Positions 38,895-52,345 of a stretch of DNA of 64,000 nucleotides are shown here, in pieces. Made by a program: the position numbers and the translations under genes. The DNA is from Mobula hypostoma. Taxonomy: Eukaryota. Each line of letters opens with the position of its first letter. Within the stretch, counting starts at the first letter, position 1. The stretch covers positions 148,802,001 to 148,866,000 of the forward strand of contig NC_086097.1 of assembly GCF_963921235.1 (NCBI RefSeq). The letters are read 5' to 3'. Below the pieces are notes generated by a model, which searched no databases, was not told the origin of the DNA, and worked only from the letters and a program-made list of their open reading frames with translations.

Positions 38895-40060
38895 AGAAGA
38901 TATGACAGACACGATGTCAGAGTGACCAAAGCATGTGTGGTGCAGACTGCTGGTCTGATTGTTTCCAAACTTAACAGCCACAGGCAAGGAGACTTGCCAA
39001 GAAGCTGAACATCAGCAAGCTGAAATCGGATACTAGTGCAGACCACCTTGTTAAGAGCCTCCAATCACAGCTCACCAATGTTCATCTTGGAGGGGACGTT
39101 GAAGAAGGTTAGGCTGCTTTCAGAGATCGCGTTCACTCTTCCTCCTTTAAGGTTTTCAGCCATACAACAAGGAAAAACGAAGACTGGTTTGATGAGAATG
39201 ATGAGAGATAAAAGCTCTCTCACAGGAAAAGCACAGGCTGCACAGAGCCCATCAGAATGATCCTTCCTGCGTCTCTAAAGAGACAGCATTTGCCAATACA
39301 CACAGGATAGTTGAAGCCAAACTCAGAAAGATGCAAGACTTTTGGCTCCATACAAAGGCTATCAAGATTCAGGGCTACGCCAATGAACATGACTTGAAGA
39401 GATTCTTTGCCATCAAACACTGTGTGGCCCTCAGCCTTCTGGGATCTCGCCCTTCCTAAGCACAGATGGCACCACACCATCACTGAGCAGGCCAAGATTC
39501 TGGACAGATAGGCAGGACATTTTGAATCTGTGCTGAACACCATCCACCATCAACGACAAAGCAATTGATTGTCTCAATCAAGTAGACATCCACCATGAGA
39601 TGGACTCTCTTCCCCAAGAAGAGGAAATCAAGAAAGCAATAGGCCAGCTGCTAAATGGCAAGGCTCTTGGAGCAGATGCTATACCAGCAGCGGTCTACAA
39701 AACAGGTGGTCCACTCATTACCAGTAAACTGACAGAGGTCTTCCAGTCCTTCTGGGAGAATGCTCAGATTCTTCAAGAAATGAAAGATGCATCCATTGTA
39801 CACCTGTACAAGAAGAAGGAAGACCTCCAAGCATGCAGCAACCAGAGGTGTCTCTTTATTGGCAGTAACTAGGAAAATCTAGACAGGCTAATGCTCATCA
39901 GGAATGAGATCATCTCCTGGAAAGTTAGTGTGGAATCAGGAAAGGAAGAGGAACTGTGGACATGATCTTTGTTGCAAGAAAAATACCTGGAGCAGAACAG
40001 ACATCTCTATAGCACCTTTGTTGATCTTGTCAAGGCTTTCAACACCATGAGCTGAGAGGG
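38895..40060 (+). mobile_element. RTE LINE fragment (endonuclease end to RT N-terminus)
   Basis: GADCWSD, DWFDENDE, GKALGADAIPAAVYKTGG, GIRKGRGTVDMIF, FVDLVKAFNT. Confidence 0.85.
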
Positions 40061-40061
40061 A

Positions 40062-40632
40062 TCAGAACGTAGAAATTTCCAGCACGTTGCAGGCCTTTCA
40101 GCCCACAATGTTGTGCCAACATGTAACCTACTCTAGACACTATCTAGAATTCTCCTACCGCATAGCCCTCTATTTTTCTAAACTCCATGTACCTATCTAA
40201 GAGACTCTTAAAAGACCCTATTATATCCGCTTCCACCATTGCCACCGGCAGTGCATTCCACGCACCCACCACTCTGTGTGGGGAAAATCTTGCCCCTGAC
40301 ATCCCCTCAGTACCTATTTCCAAGCACCTTAAAACTATGTCCCCAAGTGTTAGCCATTTCAGCCTTGGGGAAAAAGCCTCCAGCTATCCACATGATCAAT
40401 GCCCCTCATCTTATACACCTCCATCAGGTCACCTCTCATTCTCTGACATTTCAAGGAGAAAAGGCCAAGTTCACTCAACCTGTTCTCATAAGGTATGCCC
40501 TCCAATCCAGGCAACATCCTTGTAAATCTCCTGCATTCTCTCTATAGTAGCCACATATATTGCATTCCTGTAGTGAGGTGACCAGAACTGAACACAGTAC
40601 AACAAGTGGGGTCTGACTAAGGTCTTGTATGG
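40062..40632 (-). mobile_element. CR1 3' end interrupted by the hAT element (resumes 43080-~43100)
   Basis: Reverse complement of CR1 3' region as seen at 55210-55780. Confidence 0.8.
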
Positions 40633-43079
40633 CAGTAGTCCCCAACCACCGGGCTGCAAAGAAACAATATGATTTGGCGATATGAAACGATATGAGTCAG
40701 CTGCACCTTTCCTTATTCCCTGTCAAGCACACTGTTGAACTTGAATGCACACGAGGTCATCAGTCGGTCATTAACCTACAACTACTCGATGAGTAAAAAA
40801 ACGTCGCTTGAGAGTTTCTTTGGGAGAGGTGGTAGGGGACATAAAAAGCCTAATGATGGTGATAACAGAGACAGCTGAGGCCCAGACTGCAAAAGAAAGA
40901 AAGCTTCATTCAATAGAAAATACGACGAGTCGTACATAAAATATGGCTTTATTGCGACCGGTGATTCGCACGCTCCAAGCCCCCTGTGTGTGATATGTGG
41001 AGACAAGCTGTCTAATGAGGCAATGAAGCCCTCAAAACTGCCTTGGCACTTTGAGTCCAAGCACCCTGCACTTAAAGACAAACCCATTTAGTTTTTTGAG
41101 CAGAAAAAACGTGAGCAAGCGGGACAGAAGCAAGTGCTGAGATCAACCACCTCCACAAATGGCTGCTGCTCTGAGAGCATCGTACTTAGTGGCTAGCTGT
41201 ATTGCTAAGGCTAAAGGCTGATTTATACTTCTGCATTAAATGGATGCTGTAACCTATGCAAGTGGCCTACGCGCATTGTGAGCATTTATACTTGTGCGTT
41301 GGTGTGTCTACGTTGCTCTGCAATTCGGGCACATCACACATGCGCGCACACCTGCCCGTGCAAGGCTTCATGGTCATGGTAGTCTTTCTCGGGGTAAACA
41401 AGTTTAAAGCGAATGCCTTTTTTTTGTAAAAGTGAAATGTGTCCTCCATAATTTCGGAGGTCTGTAAAGCTTTATGGAAAGCATTGCAGCCAGAGTTTCT
41501 TCCCTGCCCTTCAGTCACCCAATAAGAAACTATTGCAGCGTAGGAGGAAATGCGATGCTACCATGTGGACCAATCACAGTTGTTGCAGTCTGCGTTGCCG
41601 ACTCGTATCGTTTCATATCGCCAGTCATTTTGGGAGAGGTGCACGTCAGGCTACGGCGTAGGGATTCATGTAGTCTCTGCGTTGGGTTCATGGCAACACT
41701 GTACCTACGGCGTCTATTTGATGCAGAAGTATAAATCAGCCTTAAGAAGCCTTTCACTCTTGGCGAAGAATTCATTCTGCCTGCTGCCAAGGACATGTGC
41801 CATGAACTGTTGGGAGAAGCTGCAGCTAACAAGATGGCACAGGTTTCTCTTTCAGCTACCACAGTTTCAAGGAGAATTTGGGCAGCTTTGCTAGGAAACG
41901 GATGCAGAGCACAAACACCTCCTCTTACACATTGAAGTCAGGTGGCTATTAAGGGGGAGAGCCCTGGCCAGCGTTTTTGAGTTAAGAGAGCAACTACAGA
42001 GATTTCTTTCAGGAAAACAGTCACCACTGGCAGCACAGTTCAGTGATGAGGAGTGGATAGCAAAACTCGCTTATCTGTGTGACATCTTCAACCTGCTCAA
42101 TGAACTCAATTTGTCACTTCAAGGGAGAATGACAACTGTCTTCAAGTTGGCAGATAAATTGTCTGCTTTCAAAGCCAAACTGGAACTGTGGGGACGGTGA
42201 GTGGACGGGGCATATTTGACATTTTCCCAATATTAGCTGGGATTTTGGGAGAGACTGTGGCTGCACTGTCCTTCTCACAGCTGGTGCACAATCACCTATC
42301 TTCGCTGTTAAGAGAATTCGAGCATTACTTCCCAACTGCAAATGACCCAAGACATGTAAAGGAATGGGTCCGTGACTCATTTGTGAATGTCCCCGGTGAA
42401 TTATCCATGTCAGTGCAGGAAGAAGATCAACTCCTTGAGCTTGCAAATGACGGTGGGCTGAAAAGTATGTTTGACATAACATCTCTGCTGGCATTCTGGA
42501 TCAAAGTCAAAGCTGAATATCCAGAGATTGCCACGAAAGCACTGAAAAAGTTGCTTCCATTTCCAGCATCATATCTCTGCGAAGTGGGGTTTTCTGCAAT
42601 GAATGCAATGAAAACTAAATTGCAGAATAGACTGGACATAAGGAATCCCCTTCGAGTATCACTGTCTCCCATCACCCCTCGATGGGACTGTCTTGTTGCA
42701 GGGAAACAGCCCAGGGCTCCCACTAATTCAGCGATATTGGTGTGTTGCAATGATTTTATATGTTCATACGAGGAAAATATGCACTGTGTGTTTAATATTC
42801 AAACGTTACTTAAAATGTTATGATGCTATTGACATAAGTGACTTAGAATTGACTTATCACTACCTTCATGCGAGGAATATATGCACTGTGTGTTTAATAT
42901 TAACTTTGTTAGATAAACTCTTTTAGAAATGAAATTGCATGTATTAGCCACTTGTAAATGACTTATCACCTATATTCCGGTTGTGATTAACACCCCCCCC
43001 CCCCCCCCGGGTTGGCCGGTCCACAAGAATATTGTCAATATTAAACCGGTCCGCGGTGCAAAAAGGTTGAGGACCCCTG
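40633..43079 (+). mobile_element. hAT (Buster/Charlie family) transposon with defective transposase
   Basis: TIRs cagtagtccccaacc / ggttgaggacccctg; 8-bp TSD ttgtatgg / ttgtgtgg; transposase from ATG 40789 (RKYDESYIKYGF, PLCVICGDKLSNEAMKPSKL, EVRWL, LPFPASYLCEVGFS); internal deletion near 41880. Confidence 0.95.
41215..41742. mobile_element. PIF/Harbinger-type MITE inserted in the hAT transposase
   Basis: Perfect 22-bp TIR aggctgatttatacttctgcat; TAA TSD at 41212-41214 and 41743-41745; removal restores IAKAKKPFT. Confidence 0.92.
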
Positions 43080-43539
43080 TTGTGTGGCTAATCATTACCT
43101 TAGAAATCATTCCAATCCATATATTTCTATATTCATCTTTCTCTCCCCCCCCCCACCTTCAGAATCCAAAAGCACGTATTATTCCTTCCTGTGCAGCAAG
43201 TTGGCCATGCAACTTTTGTATCTGCTTCAAGCACTTCGTATGATCTCCAGTCCTACTTTTCTTTTCATGTACCTGTTTGTGTATCACATTTGCTCTGTTT
43301 CCTTAATCACTCCACTTCAGTCTTGGCTACTTGGGATTTTCCCTCTTGACTCTTCTCTTTAACCAATTTTCTCCCACAAGGACTGCATAACAGCCAAAGA
43401 CAGAGCATACAAAGTAGCAAAAGTGAGTGGGAAGCTTTTAAGATCCAACAAAAGGCAACTTTTTAAAAAAAAAAGCTATAAGAGAAGAAAAGATGAAACG
43501 TGAGGGCAGACCAGTCAACAACGTAAAGCAGGATACTGA

Positions 43540-45455
43540 TGAGTACCCTGCCGAGCTGGGTTGTTATCTTGCAGAGGTTTTGTTACCCAGCTAAGTAACA
43601 TAATCAGTGCAACTTCGAATGAAATGTTGGGGATCTACATTGTTTGTCTTTTATGTGTCCTGAAGTGGGATGTAAGCTGGTACTACATCCACACTACGCC
43701 GGATAATTTTGAAAACGAAGCTTTTTCTCTTCGTTTTGATCCTCTGTCCACACTAAAACGGCATTTTGATCCCCCGAAAACGGAGATTTTCAGAAACAGT
43801 CTCCAGAGTGAATAAATCTGAAAACGCTTAATATCCGTTGCAGTGTGTACGGGGTAACCGGAGCTTTCTAAAACAGCTGTCATGACGTGGCGGAACAGAT
43901 GGCGGCAGCTGGGCATTCCATTGTTTTCTTGCTATTATTATTATTATTACTACTACTTTATTGTCGCCAAACAATTGATACTGGAGCGTACAATCATCAC
44001 AGCGATATTTGATTCTATGCTTCGCAGAACCTAACAATTTCAGCACAGACGGCAACAAGACTGAAGCCAGAAGAGTTAGAAATGTACTCACCAAATACTT
44101 TGACCCATAGCTTACTGAATAAATAAGTATACTCACTTTGCCATGTTTTCTGTCCGTACTTGTATGAAGGTAAGGACAGAAAACAGCCTCCGCCACTTCC
44201 AGTTTAAATTCCATGCGGAATATTTTGGAGGATCAAGAACCAAGAACCAAGGTGGTTTACCTATTTATGCAAGTACTTCTTTGACAATAGATGTGTAACA
44301 GCCTAGTGTAACATTGTATGGAAATACAAGATAACACTGATGCAGTCATGTTTTATACATTTAACAAGGTGCTTTATTAATGCAACAGAGTTGGTCAGTT
44401 TTTCAATGTTCGTTGTCAGCCGGGTCATACTGTCCGTGAACTCCCTGTCGGTTGCCTCCATACACTCCAGTATTTGTTTGTTTGTTTTTTTTTAGTTTTA
44501 AGTCCTCCTGCGCGACAGTCAGGATCAATTCCTTTTAAGTTTTTCTACTCTGTAACTGGACAAACGCGCACCAAGTATACCGTTTCCTCTTTGCTTGTTT
44601 TCTGTGTGTCCTGTGCATGCCCAGTAGGAGGAGATTCGCCCAAATATCCATCTAATGTGGACAGAGATATTTTGAAAAACGCCTAGTGTGGACGCCTGTT
44701 GTTTTTACTCGAAATCGGCGTTTTCCAAATTATCCGCGTAGTGTGGACGTAGCCTGGGTTCATTTCGACATGCTTATTGATAGAATTCTGCTTGAAGAAC
44801 AAAGCTTCTAAGAATTCTCAGCTTGTTGTTGACGGGCTTGGCCTTGGATAGTGACATTGGTCCAGTCGACTTGATGTGCTTCGCTGTCACAATGTATAGA
44901 TATAAGGGAAAGTTGATCATGACAGTTTACAGCCAGTTGGTGTTCATGATAGCTTGTTGATAGCTTCCTACCAGTCTGTCCAATATAATACTTGTCACAG
45001 TTGGCGCATAGAATTTTGTATATGGTGTTCGTTCTGTGTGTTGTAGGTGGGGGGGTCTTTTATTCTTGATAAACATTGGTGTAGTATGGCTGTAGGTTTG
45101 TGTGCTACTGTGATGTCAAATGGTCGTAGAAATCTATTGGTCATTTCTGATACATTCTTGATGTAGAGTAGGGTGACCAGTTTAGTTGGCCATTGTGTGC
45201 TTCTTTGATTTTGTTGGTTGGACAAACAGCACCAAACAAAATTCCTTGAGTATCCATTGTTCTTGAAAACTTTGTAGAGATGTTCTTCTTCACTCTTCCG
45301 TCGTAATGCTGTGCTGCAATGTGTAGTGCCCCATTTGAATAATGTCCTGACACAGCTTTGCTTGTGGACGCCTGGGTAGTTGCCATGGAAATTGAGTATT
45401 TGATCTGTGAGTTGCCTTTCAGTAGACACTTGTTTGAAATTCGCCGTTGGCTTGA
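43540..45455 (-). mobile_element. Penelope-like element 3' part (RT thumb plus GIY-YIG endonuclease)
   Basis: ORF 44995-45465 (TDQILNF..HKQSCVRTLF..NGYSRNFV); IYKILCANCDKLYIGQTGRKL; SINKHVEMNPAYIP spanning the MITE site. Confidence 0.9.
43681..44754. mobile_element. PIF/Harbinger-type non-autonomous element inserted in Penelope
   Basis: ~35-bp imperfect TIRs ctac(a/g)tccacactacgc(c)ggataattt(t/g)gaaaacg; 3-bp TSD TGG at 43678-43680 and 44755-44757. Confidence 0.85.
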
Positions 45456-45456
45456 T

Positions 45457-46070
45457 CCACATCAACTACAGGATGGATGGCAAGCTGTTCAACCTGCGCA
45501 GGCTTCAAGCTGTTACTAATGTCAAAGAGACTGCGCTAAGAGATGCCAAGCTCTGAGTCTGTCATGCAGGACATTGACAAATTTTCCACTGCATGTGACA
45601 ACTTTGGTCATGCCATCAGCACCAAGAAGACAGAAGTCATGCTCTAAGGAGTCCCGATTAACCTTCCATGGAGCCATCCATCCCTGAACAGCCAGCAGCT
45701 CCAGGCAGTCGACAGGTTCACGTATCTTGGCAGCACCCTCTCAAGAGCAGTTTCCATTGACAACAAAGTCAACTGCAGGATCAGTTTTGGGAGGCTGTGT
45801 GACTGTTGAGGCAGCGAAGGGGAATGACTCTGAAGGCCAAGTTGAAAGTCTAGCACATTGTCGTCATACCCACCCTCTACACGTGTGCAGCATGGAACGT
45901 GTACATGAGACATGCGCCTAGACTGAACCACTTCCACTTGTCATGTCTGTGGATGATCATGAAAATCAATTGGCAAGACAGAATTTCTGACACGGAAGAG
46001 CTGTCAGCAGCAAACACGCCCACCATCCGCACATTGCTGACGAAACATGAAGTCAGATGGTGTGCGTCTA
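45457..46070 (+). mobile_element. RTE LINE fragment (RT C-terminal half)
   Basis: INYRMDGKLFNLRRLQA, FGHAISTKKTEVM, VDRFTYLGSTLS, INWQDRISDTE. Confidence 0.85.
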
Positions 46071-46722
46071 ATCTGGTCAGCACATTTAAGGAATGTTGTG
46101 AAAGTATTGGATTACAGAAAAGGTTTACTAGAATGGTTTGGGAGAGGATGGAACCTGGCTACAAGATTTGAGTTGAGGAGCTGGTGATTGAGAGAAGGTA
46201 TTCGTAGAAGTTTAGACCATGTTTAGATAGAAAATAAAATGTGGTTTGTAAGATGGTGCAGCAGCCAGGGAATCAGTATTTAAAATAATGGCCAAAGGAT
46301 ATGGTGCTGAGGTGAGGGAAATTTAACAGTTTATGATTTGGTACTTGTGGCCTGTTAGAAGGATGGAAATGGTCCTTGGAGTCATCCAGAAAAAGCACTT
46401 GTGGAAAAATAAAAATGGCACAGGAAAAGAACAGGAATGAGATGGAGCTGGCAGGGACTTGGTGATTGAATTTGTAATTATGCTTCAGCATTTCATAATA
46501 CTACAGTATCATCTTGGCTTGTTGAATTGTTTTAAGTTTCATCACTGTTATTGAGCAGAATCTGAGTTGGAAGCAAATAAAAGTGAGCAGGATTGCCATT
46601 TTGGTTGGAACTATACTCAGTCAATGACTCATGAGGAGTGGTTCAGAACTGTTTCACTGTGAATAGTTTTGATGTTTCCTTGTTAACTATATATGTGCAT
46701 TCAGCATTATGTATTTTTGCAG

Positions 46723-46775
46723 GGAAAAATTGTTTCCAATAAACCACAAGACCAGAAAGAAAATGGTTTTAACAG
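46723..46775 (+). CDS. Exon 7: GKIVSNKPQDQKENGFN(S)
   Basis: Acceptor tttttgcag, donor AG|gtatgt; phase 0 to 2. Confidence 0.85.
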
Positions 46776-46934
46776 GTATGTGCCTTTTTTGATTTAATGT
46801 GATTAATTATCTCTGCTATGCATTTTCTATGTTAAGACTTCAGGATTTCACAGGTCTTTATTCTCAAATACCCAAGTCAAAATGGCTAAGTGATTCAGGA
46901 ATTAGAGGATGAGGAAGGTTAAATATAATAGTGG

Positions 46935-48080
46935 TTAAAGTTAAGTAACATTCAATGTTCAGTGGAATAAAGGAAATTACAATGGCATGAGAAGGGAACT
47001 GACCAAAGTTGACTAGAAAGGGACACCAGCAGGAAGGACAGCAGAGTACCAATGGCTGGATTTTCTGTGAAAAGTGAGGGAAGTGCAAGACAGATATATT
47101 CCAAGTAAGCTGGCTGGCTGCCGGTTATCAGTGGAGTTCCACAGGGGTCGGTATTGGGACCACTGCTTTTTACAATGTATGTCAATGATTTGGACTATGG
47201 GATTAATGGATTTGTGGCTAAATTTGACGACGATACAAAGTTAGATGGAGGAGTGGGTAGTGTTGAGGAAACAGCACCTGCAGAGAGACTTATATAGTTT
47301 AGGGGAATAGGCAAAGAAGTGGCAAATGAAGTAAAGTGTTGGCAACTGTACGGTCATGCACTTCGGTGGAAGAAATAAACAGGTGACTATTATTTAGATG
47401 GAGAGAAAATTCAAAATGCAGAGATGCAAAGGGACTTGAGTCCTTGTGCAAGGTTCGCTAAAGGTTAACCTCCAGGTTGAGTCAGTGGTGAAGAAGGCGA
47501 ATGTAATGTTGGCATTCATTTCTGGAGGTATAGAGTATAAGAGCAGGGATGTGATGTTGAGGCTGTATATACTGAAATTGGAGAGGGTTCAGAGAAGATT
47601 CCCAAGAATGATTCTAGGAATGAAACTGTAACCGTATGAGGAATGTCTGGCAGCTCTTGGGCTGTATTCCCTGGAGTTCAGGAGAATGAGGGGGGATCTC
47701 ATAGAAACATTCTGAATGTTAAAAGGCCTGAACTGATTAGATATTGCAAAGTTATTTCCCATGGTAGGGGAGTCTAGGACAAGAGGGCACGAATTCAGGA
47801 TTGAAGGATGTCCATTTAGAATGGAGATGTGGAGAAATTACTTTAGTCAGGGGGTGGTAAATCTGTGGAATTTTTTGCTGCGAGTAGTTGTGCAGGCCAA
47901 GTCATTGGGTATATTTAAGGCAGAGATGTATAGGTTCTTGATTAGCCAGGGCATCAAAGAGTATGGGGAAAAGGCAGGGGAGTGGGGCTGACTGGAAGAA
48001 TTGGATCAGCCCATGATTGAATGGTGGAGCAGACTTGATGGGCCGAATGGCCTGTTTCTGCTCCTATATGTTATGGTCTA
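46935..48080 (+). mobile_element. CR1 LINE fragment with 3' end
   Basis: SGVPQGSVLGPLLFTMYVNDLD, KFDDDTK, LERVQRRF. Confidence 0.85.
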
Positions 48081-48129
48081 AAATTTGTCCACTTGAAGTT
48101 TAGCGTGACCATTATGCGTGGAGCCAAAA

Positions 48130-50120
48130 TATATAGGTTAGTGTTTACTTGGTACATATGCATGGTCTATAGAATTGAGACAAAACAGTAGAGATGTCAT
48201 AAAATGTATCTTGGTTATGGAAGAGAAGATACTTACTGTCATGAAGCAAATTAGAGTGGATAAGTCCCCAGGGCATGACCAGATGTCCTCACATACCTTG
48301 TGGGAGGCTAGCGTAGAAATTGTAGGGCCCTGGCAGAGGTACTTAAAACATCCTAAGCAATAGCTGGAGTGTTGGAGGACTGAAGGTTGGCTAATAATAT
48401 TCCATTGTTAAGGAAAGGCTCTATGATAATCCTCATGGAGGGATCAGAAGTGGAGAGAGTGAGCAGTTTCAAGTTCCTTGGTGTCAAGATCTCTGAGGAC
48501 CTAACCTGATCCCAACATATCGATGCAGCTATAAAAAAGTCAAGACAGCAACTATACTTCATTGGGAGTTTGAAGAGATTTGTTATGTCAACAAAATCAC
48601 TCAAAAACTTCCAATAGATGTACCATGGAGAGCATTCTGACAGACTGCATCACTGTCTGGTATGGGAGGGCTACTGCACAGGAGTGAAAGAAGCTACAGA
48701 GGGTTGTAAATTTAGTTGACTCCATCTTGGGTACTAGCCTACAAAGTACCCAGGACATCTTCAAGGAGCAGTGTCTCAGAAAGGCAGCGCCCATTATTAA
48801 GGACATCCAGCACCCAGGGCATGCCCTTTTCTCACTTGCCATTAGGTAGGCGATACAAAAGTCTGAAGGCACATACTCAGCGATTTAGGAACAGCTTCTT
48901 CCCCTCTACCATCCAATTCCTAAATGAACATTGAACCCATGAACACTACCTCACTTTTTTTTTTAAATATATACTTGTTTTTGCACGATTTTTAATCTAT
49001 TCAATATACATACAGTGTAATGGATTTATTTTACTTTTTTATTCTATGTTATGTATTGCATTGAACTGCTGCTGCTAAGTTAACAAATTTCACAACACAT
49101 GCCGGTGATAATAAATCTGATTTTGATAAGAAATTATAGTCCTGTGAGCCTGATGTCACCAGTGGGTAAAATATTGGAAGGTATTTTAAGACATAAGATG
49201 TATAAGTATTTGGATGGTCGTCATGGCTTTGTATATGATAAGTCACGCACAATTGATCTTTGATATTTTGAGGCAGTTATCAGGAAAGTTGATGAAGAAA
49301 AGGCGGTGGATGTTGTCTATATGGACTTTAGTAAGGCCTTTGGGAAAGTTCTGCATGGTCAAGAAGTTTCAGTAACTTGGCATTTAGTACAAAGTTGTAA
49401 ATTCAATTAAGCTTAGCAGGAGAAGCCAGAGTGGTTGCCTCTTTGACTAAATTACATAATGTGCTGCAGAGATTGGTGCAGGGTCCACAGTTTGTCATCG
49501 GTATTAATGACTTGCATCAAAATGATGTAAATTGAATCAGCAGACTTACAGATGCTTGCTCATATAGACAGTGAGCAAGTCTATCAAAGTTTGTGGAATC
49601 TGAGCCAGCTGGAAAAATGGGCTGTAAAATGGCAGATGAAACAGGAGTTGGGATGGTTTGTGGAATTGTATAAGACACTAGTGAGGCCAAATTTGGAGTA
49701 TTGTGCAGTTCTGATTTCTACCTACGAGAAAGATATCAGTAAGATTGAAAGAGTCCTGAAAAAATTTACAAGGATGATGCCAGGACTTGATGAATTCTAG
49801 GGAAAGGTTGGCTAGATTAGGAATGCAGTACAATGAGGGGCGATTTGATAGGGATACACAAAATTGAGTGTTAAGGATAAGGTAAAATAGGCTTTTTTTA
49901 AAACTGAGTTGAGGGGGACTTCAGTCAGATAGCAGTGCAACTGTGGATCGAGTTGCCAATGGAAGTGGTGGATGAATGTTTTAATGCAATATTTGAAGAA
50001 ATTTGGATAAGTAAATGGATGGGAGAGGTATAGAGAGCTGTGGTTCATGTGTGGATCGATGGGAATATGCAGTTTAACAGCTTGATACCTATTAGATGTT
50101 TCAGTGCTGTGGGCTCTGAC
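48130..50120 (+). mobile_element. Degenerate CR1 interrupted by Rex1/Babar
   Basis: IRVDKSPG, AVDVVYMDFSKAF, LYKTLVRPNLEYC. Confidence 0.7.
48425..49125 (+). mobile_element. Rex1/Babar LINE 3' end
   Basis: Close match to 51730-52340; VERVSSFKFLGV, HTQRFRNSFFPS. Confidence 0.85.
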
Positions 50121-50953
50121 ACTAATCACACTTATCACCTTACCGATGTTTCTGTAGCAGCTACTCAAACAAACTAACACTGTTGTAGAACCCAAGCACG
50201 GGAATTAAGTGGTCAACAAAAAGATATCACACCCTGTTGTCTCTAACTTTGATCTTAGACTAACAAAGCATGAATATGTAGCTAAACTAATTGCTTTTAC
50301 TACACCCACACCCATGTGACTGACTACCATTATATAAAAATAATAAATGCACAACACAAAATATAATGCAGATAGAAAGCAGATGAATGGTTCCTACAGT
50401 TATCTTGTCACCAATGTAATCTTGAATGTGGGTAATCACTGCCTCAGGCACTAGCCCTGGAAGGGAATTTTACAACCTCAAGATAACAGTCTAAGGTAGC
50501 TCCAAATCTCTAATTTTCCAAATCTCCGATCAGCTAATTACTCTGATTCATTTCATAACTTTGTCCTTTTTGGCTATAAACTGGGTTTTAATTTTTAAAA
50601 TTTCATAATTTTGCATATTGCAAACTCTACCAACCTGTTTCAAATATGAATGAAGAGTATTAATTTTAGCAACTGATCCATATCTCAGATTTACCAAGCC
50701 CATTAAGCCACTTCTATTAGTATTTAGTGTTTGTTTCTACTGAAAATAGTAGAATCCCATATTATCCATCATAAAGTGACACTCTGTAATGGTTCACCTT
50801 GTAAGTGGTCTGATGTATGATCGGCAGTGGTGCAAGTTTTAAATCATTGGTCTTGTGCATGGAGATTTTATAATTTGGCAGTTTGCCAGATGTTGCAAAA
50901 AATTTACACTTTTCATATTTGGTGACCTGACCCTTACATTTTTTTTTGAACAG

Positions 50954-51055
50954 TAAACCTGACAATGAATTGGAGGCAAGCAGAGTTCATAAGGATGTAA
51001 CTGAAAAGCTAACAAGCAAACCAACTCTAGAGACAGAAGATCAGCATTTGGAGGA
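50954..51055 (+). CDS. Exon 8: (S)KPDNELEASRVHKDVTEKLTSKPTLETEDQHLE(E)
   Basis: Acceptor tttttgaacag, donor gtaagt; phase 2 to 2. Confidence 0.85.
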
Positions 51056-51124
51056 GTAAGTTAAGACATATTTGATCTTTTGTAGTCTTGATTTTCTTAC
51101 TGATGATTGGTGGTGGTGGGTATC

Positions 51125-52345
51125 CACAAGTTACCATTAATGGAAGTGAACTCTTGCCTCAACAAGGATCTGGACCCATTGCAATTTGTCTGCCGCCACA
51201 ATAGGTCAATGGCAGATGCGATATCAATGGCTCTCCACACAGCTTTAGACCACCTGGACAACACAAACACCGATGTCAGGATACTGTCCATCAACTACAG
51301 CTCAGCATTTAATACCATCGTTCCCACAATCCTGATTGAGAAGTTGCAGGACCTGGGCCTCTGTACCTCCCTCTGCAACTGGATCCTCAACTTCCTAACC
51401 AGAAGACCACAATCTGTGCGGATTGGTGATGAGGTGTCCTCCTTGCTAACGATCAACACTGGTGCACCTCGGGTGTGTGCTTAGCCCACTGCTTTACTCT
51501 CTATATATACATAATTGTGTGGCTTGGCATAACTCAAATACCATCTATAAATTTGCTGACAATACAACCCTTGTTGGTAGAATCTCAGGTGGTGGCGAGA
51601 GGGTATACAAGAGTGAGATATGCCAACTAGTGGAATGGTGCCACAGCAACAACCTGGCACTCAACGTCAGTAAGACGAAAGAGCTGATTGTGGACATTCG
51701 GAAGGGTAAGACGAAGGAACACATACGAATCCTCATAGAGGGATCAGAAGTAGTGACTGAGCAGTTTCAAGTTTCTGGGTGTCAAGATCTCTGAGAATCT
51801 AACCTGGTCCCAACATATCAATGCAGTTATAAAGAAGGCAAGACAGCACCAATACTTCATTAGGAGTTTGAAGAGATTTGGCATGTCAACAAATACACTC
51901 AAGAACTTCTATAGATGTTACGTGGAGGGCACTCTGAGAGGCTGCATCACTGTCTGGTATGGTGTGGGGTGCTACTGCACAGGACCGATAGAAGCTGCAG
52001 AAGATTGTAAATCTAGTCAGCTCCATCTTGGGTACTAGTCTACAAAGTACCCAGGACTACTTCAGGGAGCGGTGTCTCAGAAAGGCAGCATCCATTATTA
52101 AGGACATCCAGCACCCAGGGCATGCCTTTTTCTCACTGTTACCGTCAAGTAGGAGGTACAGAAGCCTGAAGGCACGCACTCAGCGATTCAGGAACAGCTT
52201 CTTCCCCTCTGCCATCCAATTCTAAACATTGAAAGCTTGGACACTACCTCACTTTGTTTTATATACAGTATTTCTGTTTTTTGTATGATTTTTTAAAATC
52301 TATTCAATATATGTATACTGTAATTGATTTATTATTTATTTTATC
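51125..52345 (+). mobile_element. Rex1/Babar LINE RT region
   Basis: ORFs 51107-51484 (DLDPLQF..YSSAFNTI) and 51462-51794 (GCVLSPLLYSLY..YKFADNTT..NVSKTKELIVD). Confidence 0.9.

Noticed and set aside
42188..42823. Domesticated ZBED5/Buster-type gene
   Set aside because: TIRs and TSD are present, with stops, a MITE insertion and loss of part of the catalytic domain
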